Part shown: piece after piece, positions 20,436-38,691 of the stretch | How the letters are laid out: each line of letters opens with the position of its first letter | Position numbering within the stretch: the stretch's first letter is position 1 | NCBI RefSeq assembly: GCF_000315625.1 | Contig: NW_005434617.1 | Coordinates: 35,134 to 99,133, forward strand | Length of the DNA: 64,000 nucleotides | Direction: 5' to 3' | Source of the DNA: Guillardia theta CCMP2712 | Lineage: Eukaryota > Protista > Cryptophyta | Notes under the pieces: generated by a model | What the model was told of the DNA's origin: nothing | Databases searched by the model: none | Seen by the model: the letters and a program-made list of their open reading frames with translations, nothing else | Made by a program: the position numbers and the translations under genes

Positions 20436-23400
20436 ATGGCGGCGCAGGAGGAGCGGCTAGTACCCTCATCGCAGGCGAAGCTCGACGAACTATTCCTGTA
20501 GCCCTCCCTCCTCCTCGATGCTTGTCATCCCTGCCCTCTGACATCCCTGCCTCTCCCTCTCCCTCCCTCCCCTTCCGCGCGCCACACGGTTACCTGCCAT
20601 TGACTTGACCGCTCAGTCATTGGCTGTCTCTCCCCGACGCCCAACAGTTTGTGCTGAGCTTGCTGTCAAATGTTCGCAAAGGGAAGCCCATCGGCTCTGT
20701 GGGTTCAGGTGATACTCCTGTCCCCCCGTCTCTGCTCCTCACTTGCCAGCTCTGCTTCCAGGCTTCACCAGCCCGAATGCGGAGGACAAGGTAGGAGGGA
20801 TAGTTCCAGGGGAAACTCTCTCACCTTCACGCACAGACCTCGGGCAAGAATCTTGCCTCTCCTCCTCCGAGATCGCCGACGGGTGAGTAGACTCGTTCAG
20901 GTTGTCCCACCTGACGACTCCAAATAGGAAGATCGCCGAAACATTCGCCGGAGAACAATCGAGTATGTCTCGTTGCTGTGGAGTCACAGGCATAACGCTT
21001 GTCTGCTGGAACAGGAAGGGATGTGGATGGACACAAAAGATGGTCGCGCTCTCGTTGCTCTGACTGCTGGTCGTGCCTCTCACTCCCCTTGCTGCAGGCA
21101 ACCTAAGCAAGGAGTTGGGAAAGGACGGAGACTTACATCATGCCCCTCACCAAGAAGACGCTGTCATGCAGGACAAGCAGCACCCAGCGGCAAGGTCGAC
21201 TTGCTTCCACCTCTCGTCGTCGTCTGATCTTGAAGTCAGCAGGAAACCGGACGCATCGCTCAGCTTACCTCGCTTCTACAATCCGAAACAGCCTTCCGAC
21301 GATGTTCTCGGAGCTGCAAAGCTTGTACGTCAGGCTTGCCTGCAAGGGGAGGAGACTGAGTTGATTGACCAGGAATTGGAGGAGATGACACAGCTGTTCA
21401 ACTCAAACCCTGAGGGCCTCAACAGCGAGAACTTCATTTCGTTTGCTACCAAGGTATCAGGACAGCGAGCGGAGGCGAGAATTGATGAAGTCGCAATAGG
21501 TTTGCGGCTACCCTTCCTTCCTGGCCCCAACGCTCTTCGAGAAGCTTGCGGGCGATGAGACGAAAGTGTCGCAGGCACGCTGAGAGCTACTCGTTCATCC
21601 CTCCCGCTGAAACTTCTCGCAGGCGAAATGCAGGTTTTGGTGGGAAAACAGGTAAAGGCCACGATGCGTGTCACGTTGTGTGCTGAGCTGACGATGATTG
21701 GGTGAAATCAGCATGAAGCACAAGAAGCCGGAGGTGAGAGGAGCAGCTGGAACCTGTTGAGTCATTGAGCTGGGAGTGCAGGCGCGTCTCTTTGACCTCT
21801 TGAAGGGTCAGGGATCGAACTACGTGACCCGCGAGGACTGGATGAAGCACCTTCGTTTCTTGCTCGACACTCACCCTGGTGCCTCGTGCCGCTGCCTTCT
21901 CCTCCTCCGTATGTCTTATCGTCTTGCCAGGACTTGACTTCCTTAAGGGAACCCCAGAGTTCCAAGATAGGTCTGATATCCGCCTTATGAATTGCTTTTA
22001 GGGGAAGGGAAGGGGGGGTGAGGAAGGGAACAAAGGGAAGAAGGGAGGGAGGGAGGATGGGGAAATGAAAAAGAGAAAGGGAAGAAAGGAGGGAGAGAAG
22101 GGATAGCATTTGTCTGGTGCTTGACGCTTGCGCTATCAGATACTTGGAGTGTGTCGTGGAGAGGATCTTCTACGTCAACAATCGAGCTGAGAATGACAAG
22201 ATGACACAAGTGACCTCCCTCGATCAGAGTTGCGACCGTTGACGCTTTCCAGCTGGACTTTGTCAAGTCCAACCTCGTCAAAGTTCTCAAGTACGTGGAC
22301 GAGGAGCCGGACATCAACAAGGTGCTGGACTACTTCTCGTATGAGGTAAGAGCCTCCTCTGACCACGAGCTCGGCCTGACCCTCTACCTCAGCATTTCTA
22401 CGTCCTCTACTGCAAGTTCTGGGAACTTGACAACGATCACGATTTCCTTTTGGATAGGTGCAAAGACTCTGGGAGAGGGTGGTGAAGGAAGAGGAGGAGG
22501 AGGAGGAGGAGGAGGAGGAGGAGGAGGATGCACCGAGCGGGGAAGGGAGTGACTAGAAGGCTGGCAGAGATGACCTGGTCAAGCTCTCCAACTACGCCTT
22601 GACATATCGCATCGTCGATCGGATCTTCTCGGGAGCTTGCAAGCCGTTGTCATCGGGGACTGTGAGTGAGTCCTGACCTGCCGTCCCCGCTAAGAGATGC
22701 GCAGCCGGACAAGCTGGGGTATCAGGATTTCATATGGCTGCTCCTATCGGAAGAGGACAAGCACTCTGGTGAGGCAGCCAGGGGATCGGGAAGGATGTTG
22801 ACAGAGGCGCGCAGAGACTGCAATCCGGTACTGGTTCAGGGGGATCGACCTCGACGGAGATGGGTAGGAGGAGGGAAGGGGAGGGAGGGAGGAGGAAGTG
22901 ACGGCGAGCAGATACATCACCCCACATGAGATGGAATATTTCTACAAGGAGCAGGTAGCTAAATCATCCCCTTCCATCCCTCCCTACTCCCACCTCTCCC
23001 CCTCGCTCTTCCTCCCTCCCATCCTTCCCTCGCTCACTTCCCTGCTACTGTCTCGCTACCTCTCCTTGGTCCTGCTTCTCTCGCAGCCTCTGGAGGTCTA
23101 CGATGGATTGAGCTGCTTTCCAGCTGCATCGCATGGACTGCTTGGCGCAAGAAGTCGTGCAGTTTGAAGACATCCTGTGCCAGATGACCGACATGGTCAA
23201 GGTCAGCTGAGACTTAGCTGGGGAGGGAGGGAGCTGACCCGGTGACAGCCGGCGAGGGAGGGATACATCTCGATGCTGGACCTCAAGCGCTGCAAGCAGC
23301 CGGGAGTCTTCTTCAACGTGCTGTTCAACCTCACCAAGTTCATCCAGTACGATCAGGTACGTTGCTCTCGTGCTCTCCTCCTCTACTTGCCCTTTAAACA

Positions 23401-24055
23401 CCCTCCCGGTCCCCCCTGACCCTTTGCCCCGCGCGATCTCGCTGCTCCTCGCATTCGTTCCTATCTTTGTGGCGTTCCTCCTCCCTCCTCCCCCTCCTCT
23501 TCCATCAGCTCCTCATCCTCCTGTGAACTCCTCACCCTCTTCATCCTCATCCTTCAACCTCCTCCTCCTCCTCCTCATTCCCCTCACTGTCTCCTCCTCA
23601 TTCCCTCCTCCTTTTCTGACCGCAAGACTTGCAGAAGGATCCTGGTCAAATCTTCAACGAGCGAGCGACGCCCGAGCTCACTGACTGGGATCGCTACGCC
23701 AAGATTGAGTATGCGAGGTAAGACAGCGAAAGGAGACGAGAGGGAGGGAATGGCGGGGAGGGAAACGGAAGGGAAGGAGAAAGGGAGAAAGATGGAGAAT
23801 TGAAGGACAGGGGACGGGGGAGTCGAATACAAGGAAGAAGGGGAGGGAAGAAGCGGGAAATGCTGGAGAAGAAGGGGAAGGAGAAGGGAGTTGTGGGAGG
23901 GAGGAAGCGAGAGGAGAAATGATGTAACTTCAGGCTGGCAATGGAGGAGGATCAAGGGGAGTATGCGGATGAGGTACCTTATTGCTCCCTCTTCAAGCCC
24001 CTCCTCACTATCACTCCAGATCGACTTCGGCGGAGAGGGAGGAGATGACGTTTGA
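20436..24055 (+). CDS. Protein phosphatase 2A regulatory subunit B'' (PR72/PPP2R3 family, EF-hand), many exons
   Basis: Exons give [109 protein letters not shown] and [12 protein letters not shown]. Confidence 0.93.
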
Positions 24056-24294
24056 GCATCGTAGACAACGGAGGAGGAGGAGGAGGAGGAGGAGGTATCT
24101 GTCGGATGAAAATTTCATTTCTTTCCTTGATGGGCGGAGTATTTTATCTCCTGTTGTCAAAGAGGAGGCGGGAGCGAAAGGAGCAGGAAGGGGGGGGGGG
24201 AGGAAGCAGGAGAGGAGGGGATGTAGGTTGGGGGGATGATCAGGAGGAGATAGTTGGGGCAACGATGACGATCCAGAGGCTTCAAAGGGTACGC

Positions 24295-26740
<2,446 letters not shown>

Positions 26741-26869
26741 TGCGAGCTAAAAAGAAATGACTAGCCCTGACACCTCAAACCGTTTGACTTTGTAGGCTTT
26801 ATCCTCCCCCTCCTTTGTTTGCTCCGGTTTGTCCTTCTTTTTCAGTCAATAAAGAAAGACTCCCGCGTC

Positions 26870-27400
26870 AAAACTTTGTGCCGTCGGGCGCGGCCCGGCC
26901 GCGCACTCAGCGGCAGCCGCCCGGGGGGCACAGTGGCAGCGACAGAGTCTGATGGTCACTCAAAGCCTCCGAGTCTCACTGTCCACTGCTCGGCCGTCCC
27001 AGTACCGCAACGTAGCCCTGCCCGGCCTCAGTCACTGGCCCCGACTCGCCGAGCCTTGGGACTCGGATCATCCGATCGGATGATCGCCGGCGGCCGGGGT
27101 TGGGTCGCCGCCGGGACTTCAAAGAACCACCAGTCGGGCGCCGTCCGATAATGGCGGCATGAAGGCCGCGGGCCGGGGCCGGGGGCTCGATGGATCTTCG
27201 AGTCGGCTGACACCGCGGCGAGCCTCCGAGGCTCCCCCGGGCCCTTGATGCCTTGAAGTTCTTCACCGATCAGCCTAGTCAGTCACGGTTAGCCCAGGCT
27301 GCCTCGCCGGAGTCACTCGGAGGCGGCAGAAAGCCCGGCCCGGTAACTGAACGAGTCTAATGACACGGTCACTGCACTGGCGGCGGCGTTTAAGTGGCTC
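26870..27400. other. GC-rich palindrome-dense intergenic island
   Basis: Same word usage as the other islands in the window. Confidence 0.5.
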
Positions 27401-27634
27401 TGAGGGCGGTAGATGAGTGGAAAATGACACACGGGGCAGGCTCGGATAAGGATGGGCCATCGTTTAGGCAAAACAATAAACTGAAATCGTCTCTTGTACC
27501 AGACTTTCCACGAAAAAATCCCAAAACCAATCGCGTTGAAGCCGTTGAGGGGCACTGTCCGATCCGAGCGGCGGAGACCGGGGCCGCCGGACTCTGGGCC
27601 GACTAGCCGCAGCACTGCAATAGGATGACCGGGT

Positions 27635-30600
27635 TACCTAAGCTGGGGGTGACGTCTGAACGTGACGCTCATGCGACGAGACTTCAAGGGGGCGATCGCA
27701 TGCTGTACGTCATTGGCGGCCACGTCATCTGCTCGCAAGTTATGAGCCTTCGGCCTTGCATGCGCTCAACGGTTCGGCTCACCTGCTAGCAACACAGACC
27801 GGCGGGGCAGCTGGAAGCTGTAGCCGTCGAGCTGGCCGTTGGGGTGCAGCTCGATGCGTCCTCCGTTGTCCCCGAAGACCACATCAGCCTCCGAGAGCAG
27901 CGAGATTGTGCTGGGGCCACAAGTGTCAGCAGCAGGACCCGGTGCCTTAACAATGGCAGCCACCAGATCGGCCGGAGAAAGTCCTTGCTGTCCACGTGCG
28001 GCTGTAGCTGATCGCCTTCCTCATACACATTCACCACGGCAGTGTTGGGTTTCTGCGAAAGAATCATCCCGAGGAGAGGACAGGCTGCCTTGCTCACCAG
28101 GTTGGGTGGGATGATGCCCTCCGTGATAAGAGTGGACGACAGGTCCAACAGCACCTCAGGCAGAGGCTCGACATCCTTCCCCCCGGCCGAGTTCTGGAAA
28201 CAAGGAGTATCAGTCCCAAGTCTTGCGACACCGTGATCCTCTACATCGGCATAGTTGCAGAAGATGCCGTAGTGGAGCTGGGCGCCTCGTTTCGAGCCCT
28301 TGTGAGCTGGCACGTATGTAGCCCCTTTGAGCTCCTTCCTCTTGCCACTTCACGCCCAAAGGATTCAGAGCCGGCATCGAGAAGTGAAACAACCCACCGT
28401 GCCAGCTGCTCGTTGATGAAGTTGACCAGGAAGGATTCGTACCTGCAGAGAGCAAACGATCAAACCCACAAGGCTCGACGCAAGGAAAAGAGGTCTTACT
28501 TCTGATCGATAACATTGTGATAGAGTGCAAGGCCACGGAGCAAATTCCCGTTGATGACGTTGAGCTTGTCGCTAACATTGAACGTCTTCACCTGTGCAGG
28601 GTTTCACTAAACATAAAAATCGGTATATCAAATCTCTAAAGGCAGCAGTCACCAGCTTTTCATCGACGATCGAAGGAGCTTCCTTTTTCTTGGTTGTGTG
28701 AACGACTTCCCAGTCATCGCCTGCACCACAGCTCGTTACTGCATCACAAACACAATGGCCGGCGATGCAAGAGAGGAAACCAAGACTTTCCTGGTCGAGC
28801 GACGTTGTCGTTGGTCGACGTTCTTTGAGCCCCTTTCTTATTTCCTACTGGACACTCCGAGTGAATCTGACTGGCTTGAATTAGACTGAGATCACCTGAT
28901 TCCTGCAATCGCTTGATGGCGTTTTCAAGCTGTGCAACGCTCATGTTTTCCAAGTCGAAGTACTCCTGATGTCCCAAGCTCTTCTTGAGCGAAAGAAGCT
29001 CCCTCTTGCGTTGCTGCAGCATCGCATCTGAGTCAGCGGGAGCTTTGGCCATCGCCTTGGAGTTCTGGTTGTTGACCATAGTGCCCTGCAAAGCTCTTGC
29101 GCTGGCGCCAGCATCTTGATTGTTAATGTTGCCGCTCTTCATGTCCATCTGTGGGTCAGCCAGCGGGGCCCCTGTCGGTCTTACGGCAGGCTTTCCGTTT
29201 CCATCACCTTGCCAGGTGCCTTCAGACGATGGCACCTCGTAAGTGCTTGGAATGGGGGCTTGCGGCACGCCAGACCGAGCCATCCCCACCCCCGGCACGG
29301 AAAAAGTGATGCTGGGATCCACGTCCTGCGGGAGTTGCTTGTTCGGAATTATCTGAGGAGCAGCAGCTTGCGGCTGAACGCCCCCCTGGTTTGGCACCGG
29401 AGCCGAAGGCTGCGAGGCCTGGGGTTGGGGCTGAGAAGGCTGCTGCATGTGCTGCATGTGCTGCATGTCGTGGCCCTGTCAAGGCAAATCTCAAACAAGC
29501 GAACAAACAGACAGGCTGGTACCTGCATGTTGTTCATCGATTGCATCTGCTGATGCATCTGCTGCATTTGCATCTGCTGCAAGTAGGGATTCATCATGAC
29601 GTTGTTCATGTCAACCACTGGCCCTCGATTTGGGGGCGGCATGCCCATTCCGACACCGCCGGACTCCTCCATCCGCCCATGCATCATCGATTCGTTCATC
29701 TGGACGTTTGCTGGCATACCCATCTGAGCCATCTGCTCCCTCTGCCTGAACATTTGGAGGAAATGAGCTTGTTGCGGGTGCATCACCATACGTGACAACA
29801 TCTTCTCCTGCTCCAGCTGTTGGAAAAGTTGAAGCTCGCGTTCTTCAGCCACGCGCAAGGCTTCCTGCATTCTGGCCTTCTCAAGCTTCAGCATCTCAAA
29901 CTCAGCTTCCACCCTCTTCAGCAACATTTCGTCGGGGTTCACTCCTCCAGTGTTCAAACTTTTCTCATTCTGTTTTTGTTCCAGCAAAGCCTTTTCTCTA
30001 TGCCATGAAGCTTTCTCGAGTTCCAACTGAGCAAGCAATCATCACATTCTACAGCAAAAATTATAATCTAGCCACTTAGTACCGTTTTGATAGTGTTCTC
30101 CATTGATTCACGAACTCTTTCAGAATCCTTGAGTCTGTCCTGCGAGAAAAAACGTTGAGAGAAGAGCACAATCTCATGTTTTGACGCTAACAAACCTGGA
30201 GCGTAAAAATCTCTTGGCGCATGCTCATCTTGGTCTGATGGTCTTGCGCAATGAAAGCATGCAAGGCACTGTTCTCTGGTTGGGACAGGTACATCAAGAT
30301 GACCTCTGGCGCAATTGGGATTGGGTGCATCGAAGCGTTCTGTCCCATCGAATGCTGATTTCCTGGCATGTTCCCGGGATTTCTGTCCATGGGATGCATA
30401 CCCTGGACTGCTCCTGAGATTCCTTGAACCACCTTTAAAACAAACTTGAGTCCACCAAGGATGTCTACAAACTCAGGTTACAGATGCGATGCCGGAGTTC
30501 TGGTTGGAATTTTGCAAAGCACCAAGGGAAATTTGCTTGGAGACCTGGAGAATACAAATGAATTCTTGGTATCAAAACATGAATGATGGTGAAAAATCAT

Positions 30601-31990
30601 GCTTTTCAATCTGTTGCAATCAAAGCAGAAATTCGCTCACATGGTCTGCAACGTTGGCATTACAAACATGTAAAAACCCTTAAATCATGCACCTTCGTCT
30701 TGTCGAATGGGGCCGGCGGAATCTGTTCCCCTGTTGGTTCTAGTCAAACATGCACTACAAAGTTCCAAGAAGCAGCACTGAGTATCAAAGTGGCTTACTT
30801 GTTTGCTTTCCCTTCTTGTTGTCCGTTCGAAAGAGCGAAGTTGATGATGGCCGAGTCTTGCTGTGCACCACAAAACAAGTTCAATGCCGTATCTAAACCA
30901 TGATGAACAGCTCACCTGTGCTTGACCAACAATCGATGCCGCCTGCAATCATTTTGTTTCAGTCATGCTGCCAGATATGACAGCGGACAATGTCAATGCA
31001 AACAACCTGTGTGTTGCCTTCCTGCGGCTTTCCACTTCCTGTGCCATTGCTGGGTGGGAATGAAGGGACTGCGTCTGAGAATCTTAGAACAACATCTAGT
31101 GGAAGGGAGGCCGCCCATACCTTGTGCACGAGGCTCGGACAGTGCAGGGAAGGATGATGAAGTTGAGGCGGGGGGTCCCACGTCGACACCACCGACGTTG
31201 GGTGAAGGCGGTTCTTCATCCTCGTACTGATCAAACGATCTAGGTCAAACACTGACATCGTCCACCAGTTTGAGCTGATCATCAATGATAGGCGGCAAGA
31301 TAGTCTTGCCCATGGGATGGGACACAGCGCGCTGAGACTTTGCGCATGCAATCAGCAGAATGTTACCTCGCCTCGAGCTGACCGCCCTCTCCCAGCAGCT
31401 TTTCTGTACCTTTCTTCTTCGATTTCAGCTGCAAGCTTTTCAGCCCGTCGCTTTTGCTCTTCGGACAGCTTCTCAGGATCAAGTTTTGTGGTATACAGCT
31501 GTGGTCAACAAAACTTCAGTGCCATCGGTTGAAATTTTCGCACATGTCGCGCAGACGCAATCAAACATTGTATCAAAGCACAGGCAGACTGATCCTACCT
31601 CTTCCACGAAACCTCCTTCCTTCCTGCGTCCAGGAGTTCCATCCTTCCTCTGCGTGGCAACAGGAGCTGTTTTGCTGTTGAAAGGCTTCGGGATTCTGAA
31701 AGAGCACGCGGGTTCAGAGGAGCAGCTCATGAATTTCTCCTCTATAATCATATGAAAACACACAACAACATCATCTACAGCTTGCCGAGTACCTCAGCCC
31801 TCGTCTCCCTCCGTCCCCACACTCCCCCCAGACCCCAGGCAGAGATGCCGAGCACAGACACCTTCCTCCTATGCTTACCCGTTGGCTTGCTGCTGTCCCT
31901 GGTAGGCAGCCGGACTCATTCCTCGTCCTTCGGTCTGCATTTTCTGCGCTCCTCCCGTGGACTGCCCGCCGCCCCTTCCACCCCATGCCC
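27635..31990 (-). CDS. Multi-exon protein: N-terminal LsmAD-like motif, Gln/Met-rich and coiled-coil middle, C-terminal ALKBH5/ALKBH9-like 2OG-Fe(II) dioxygenase
   Basis: AlkB domain (27635-28590): NLLRGLALYHNVI, PNTAVVNVYEEGDQLQPHVDSKDFLRP (HxD), NDVQHAIAPLKSRRMSVTFRR. Upstream exons: FVEE|LYTTKLDPEKLSEEQKRRAEKLAAEIEE. The AlkB part is solid; joining everything into one gene is inferred. Confidence 0.7.
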
Positions 31991-32044
31991 CCTGGCCTCG
32001 CTTTCCTTCCATTGCCATCCTCGACGTCAGAAGCTTCGTTGATC

Positions 32045-32930
32045 CCACCCCTTTGACCCCTACCCACCCCCGATTACATTACCCTCACTAATCTTTACCC
32101 CTACCATGTCTTAGACTGCTTTTTACCCACCTTTTTATGATGTACTACAACCCAACCATTACCCACCCCTGTATATTCTATAACCCTACCTCATCATGTC
32201 TCCCTGAGCTCATGAAAAAAATACGCACCCTACCTTACTGTTCTTCCTCATGTCGCCATCACCCCACCTCCCTCGTTCTGAGAATTCAAAAGGAATTTTT
32301 GTGGGTACATCAGTAACCCCCACCCTTGCTATTTATTGACCCTACCCCCTCGATGCAGTTTTGACACTTTTTCATGGGTCAACGCGCCTTCTCCCGCCAA
32401 AAACATTAACTGAAAGTTTGTGGTTGCTTGAGAAGACCCACATGTAACCCTACCCCTTCTTTTACCTTAATATGACCCCATCAAATGAAGGCAAAATAAG
32501 GGGTAGTAATTTACTGACCACCCACCATCTCCCCCGCTAGAACCTCCTCGTGCGTTTGGTACCCTCATCCCCTCCATGTGCCATGTACCTCATCCCCAAC
32601 CAGACCATATTCCCTCATCCCATCTCTTTCCCACTGTCTGACGGTACCCCCGCATCCCCGCTCACCATCTGGTGCTTTTCCTTGGATGTGTCCCATGCAA
32701 CAAGGCCACCCCCACTACCCTACCCTGTCTTTTCACCCCCACCCTCACAAATACTTCTTGGTACCCCACCCCAACAGATTCCATTGACACACTTTGGTCG
32801 AGCCCTGCTATAGAGAAGCACACCCACCCATAGGGACTACCCACCTACCATCAAACACCACTACCCCACCTTCCCTACTACCCCCACCCCTACGTTTCAA
32901 GGTCACTACCCCCGGGACTTCCTGACTCCT
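32045..32930 (+). promoter_or_regulatory. TACCCC-rich tract between divergent genes
   Basis: Dense TACCCC/CCCCACC on the + strand upstream of the + strand HAT-repeat gene. Confidence 0.45.
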
Positions 32931-33207
32931 CCACCCCGCTGGCGCTCAATCATTACTACTATCCGTCCTCCAGCGCCCGCTCCCGCTCCCTGCGCGCCCT
33001 TGCCCCCTCCTAACCACCGCCTCTCTGTTCCTTCCTCCTCCTCCTCCCAGCTCTCGGTTTCTTGTTCCACATCCCTATTCCTCCTGTCTTCGTTCCCATC
33101 GCTCGGTGCAACCTCTGTCCATTCGCTTACCTTGTTCGGCCCCCTGTCCATTTGCTTTCCTTTCTCTTCGTCTTGGGTGTTTCCAAAGTCATCCGATACA
33201 CCCAGGG

Positions 33208-35537
33208 ATGAAGTCGATAGACAGGAAGGTGTTGCTTCCCTTCTATTGCGCTCTTTATGTCTTCGCCCTGGAGTATACCAGCCCGGCATTGTCCTCCTTC
33301 ATATCGCCGTTACCGGACGCTCACAACTTTGGGAGGGCGGCGCTCAAGAGTCGATGCGGAAGGAGAGACCCGCGAATACTTGAGGCGAACCAAGTCCTCG
33401 TGCGACTGAGAATGAAGACTCTTGCTCCGCACACCGTCGGGCCGGAGTCCAACAAGAACTCTGGTGGAGGCAACTCCGTGCTGCGTCCGCACGGCGCGGT
33501 TTCAGCCACGGCACCCTTCACGTCTAGCTCAAAGCTGATGAACCAGCGGGTGGAGGACACTCAGACTGATGATGTGAACGCGACTTTCGCGCTGGGTAAA
33601 GAGTTGGTGAGAGCTGGCAAGACCAACGAGGCCAAGTTGTTGTACCAGGAAGCCCTGTTGAGAAACTCGGGCAATGGCAAGATGTGGATGAAGCTGTTTA
33701 AACTGCACAGGTCGCAAGGAAGCCTGGAAGAAGCGCGCTCCTCTGTGCGGGAAGCACTGCGGCACAACCCTTGCAATGCTGTCTTGTGGCAGGCGTGGGC
33801 AGACCTCGAGAAAGACCTTGGAAGGCATGACGCCGCTCGGCAGTTGTTCAAGAAGGGCATCGAGGCGAACCCAAGACTGCCGTCCCTGTACAACTCATGG
33901 GGTAGGATGGAGCGCGATCTCGGCAACGTACAGACTGCCCGGCAGATACTGGAAGATGGACTGAAGCAAGCTCCCACATCCGCGCGCCTGCTCATTGCGC
34001 TCGGGATCCTAGAGGACGTCGAGGGGAACAACGAGGTAATGCCCAACAATATGTGTGTGACTGTTTCTGATTCTCTTGTTTCCGAAATCAAAGAATGCCC
34101 GCCATCTTCTGCTCCATGGCATCCAATCCGAGCCAAACAATCCCTTCACTTATCAGGCCATTGCAATGCTCGAGTATAAGTTAGGTAACGTGGCTGATGC
34201 CCGAGAACATCTTCGTCGTGCCATAGCGTGCGACCGGGACCATTCAATGTCATGGTTGAGTTGGGCCAGGCTGGAAGAGAACCTGGGAAACCTTGACAAC
34301 GCGCGAACAGTCTATTCCAATGCCTGTAAGTCGTGTGGCGGTAGGGGAACTGCCAATCTTTGGCAGTCGTGGGCAAGGATGGAGGAGCAGCAGTCAAATG
34401 ACAGAGTGGCTATAGACATCTACAAGAAAGCGATAGCTTTCTTTCCGAAGGACGCACAGCTGTTGGTTGAATACGGCAAGCTGCTGGAAAGACGTGGAGA
34501 GATCGAGACTGCAAGGAGAATGCTGAAGGAGGCGTTGAAAGCCGACGGCTCCAACATTTACGTCTATCAATGTCTCGGGCGATTGGAAGCAAGCCAGTTC
34601 AACTATGAGCAAGCTCGCGTCGTCTTTTCTGCTGGAATTTCTGCAGCGGAGGCCCAAGTACAGAGCATGTTCAACTTCTCTCGCTCTTCTGTGAGTAGCT
34701 AGCTTTCCCCCCACCGTGTGCTGCTTGCTGCTCTTGCGTGCGCCCTTTGTCCTTCTTCCTTTGGTCTGTGCGATGCGAATGGTTCTCCGAGGGATGCGTT
34801 TCTCCCCATGTTGGTGTTCCCTTCAAAACGTGGACTAGCGCTCTCGTGAAGTCGTACCTTCTAACTGTGTCCATCTCAGGAGAGCGGCAGGTCAAAGTTG
34901 GATCGAGCCATGGCGGATCTGCTCCACACATGGGCAATCTTTGAGGAGAAGGTGATTTCACTTTGTTTGGTGTTGTAATGGCTCACGTTGCCTCAGGTCG
35001 GCAACAACGTCAACCTGTCGCGATCTTTGTTTCACCGGTCTGTCTATCCTGTTGCTTGAAATATTCTCACACACGTTTCCTTAGGGCCATCGGCTGCTGT
35101 GAGACTGAGGGCTGGTTGTGGCGATCCTTCGCGGAGTTTGAGAGGAGACAGGTGAACGAAATTTGAGGTGGGAGGCAGGAGGCAAAAGCATGACCGAGTG
35201 TTACAGGGAAACACTCTGGTAGCGCGACACTACTTTGCCATGGCCGTCAACAATGAACCTCGCGATGGACTCAACTGGATTTCATGGTCTCAGCTCGAGG
35301 AGAGGTGCGGCTTTGCTCCTAGCCTGTCTTGACAGTCAGTGAGCGCGTTAGCAGCATGGGCGAGAGCCACCGAGCAAGTTTCTACTCCAGACGAGGGGCA
35401 GAACTTCAGGCAAGGCAGCAGATCCGTCAAGGTGTGCACCATCACTTATGCTTCTCAGTTTCTTGCCTCTGACCTCATATCGATTAGCCTTGGGTGACTC
35501 ACGGAAACCTCTGATGCGACTTTGGAACGCCCGATGA
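33208..35537 (+). CDS. HAT/TPR-repeat protein, HCF107/Mbb1-like plastid RNA-binding factor
   Basis: Signal peptide ending ALSS-F followed by a transit-like region. Repeats such as NAVLWQAWADLEKDLG...ARQLFKKGIEANP, LYNSWGRMER, WLSWARLEE and LWQSWARMEE. About 8 exons. Confidence 0.8.
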
Positions 35538-36041
35538 GGGAGCGAGTGACCTCCGGCGGCGACCGTGATGTCTGCCTGCAATGCCGGGACCTAGCCTCGA
35601 CGGTGAATGGCCCGGCGGCGGCGCGGGCGCACAGCGGCATTCAACGCCAACGCCCGGCCGGAGTCACGCCGTTGGCCGAATTGTACTACAATGATGTAAT
35701 AGAAGTCAGACTGTGCAGTGCAACTTGGTTACTTTTCGGTAAAGTTACTGAGTTTGATTCGTAATGGGTACCTGCTGCACTGCAAGCCCGACCGGTCGGG
35801 AAGTTGGCCCATCCGCGTGCCACGGTCGCCCGACTCTCAGGTCGGATCCGGTCAGTGCCATGACTGGGATGACGGGCCGCCGCCCGCGGCGGTAGGACCG
35901 ACGGCGGGCCCGGTGCCCGGCAGGCTGCGTTTGGTTCAAGGTTGCCAGCACGTCACGGACGGCTGGGCCCCAGCAGGGTCGTACATCGAACGTTACATGG
36001 AAGCGTAACGTTTGTTCCTCTCAAGGGACTATGGCACTGAT

Positions 36042-36694
36042 ATGGCGGGAAGGCTGTTGGTAACGGCGTTGCTCATGCAGCAGACGGTGGTGACATGCGG
36101 TCTTCAATGCTTATCGAACAATGGCAACTCCACCACTGCATTCCCCTCAAACACCTCTAAGACTTTGGAGTGCCAGAGCAAGTACGCATGCGGAGCTGTG
36201 CTGCTGTATGGAATTGACAGCGCTTACTTCAAGAAAGGCTGCGGAGACAACAAGTCAATGTATCCCTCTTGTGCTTCTGCAGACGCACGTCTGCGTATCA
36301 ATCTCGCGAGCTGATCAGCGACTGTACCAGGCCTTGCAACTGTATGCTGACTTGTTTACCGAACTGGGTGAGCACAGGAGAAGGTGCAGGCAGTCCCCTC
36401 GCTGTTGCACGATTAAGAGGCCATGGCAGGGACCTGGACGATGATGGTGGATAGGCAAAAGCTAGAGGGCAAGACCTTTACCAAGGTAGGATGAGACGGT
36501 CTTGTTCGTGAGCCTGACTGTGCGCAGCTGTGTACCTCAAACAATTGCAACATGGATTGCAGTGGAGCGGCAGACCTGACAACCTTCCAGCAGTTGGCTA
36601 TCTACGTGAGTGCATGAGGTCATGTTGACAGCTCTTGACTGTCGGTCTGCAGGCGGTTCTAGTCACCCTGCATCTTCAGAACGTCTTTTGTTGA
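36042..36694 (+). CDS. Small secreted Cys-rich protein with hydrophobic C-terminus (Ly6/uPAR-like Cys spacing)
   Basis: Signal peptide, then LQC..., ECQSKYAC, FKKGCG, exon LCTSNNCN, and C-terminal LAIYAVLVTLHL. Confidence 0.55.
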
Positions 36695-36839
36695 GACGAG
36701 TTTGCGCATAAGAATGGAATGGTGGGAAACCAATCCCTCGAATGGCGAGGGAAATAATTATATTGCGAGGATGATGTGATTGTGTAGTTTTTAACAAGAA
36801 GCAATACATGTACATGCATAGGTTGAAGTCCTGACAACT

Positions 36840-38691
<1,852 letters not shown>

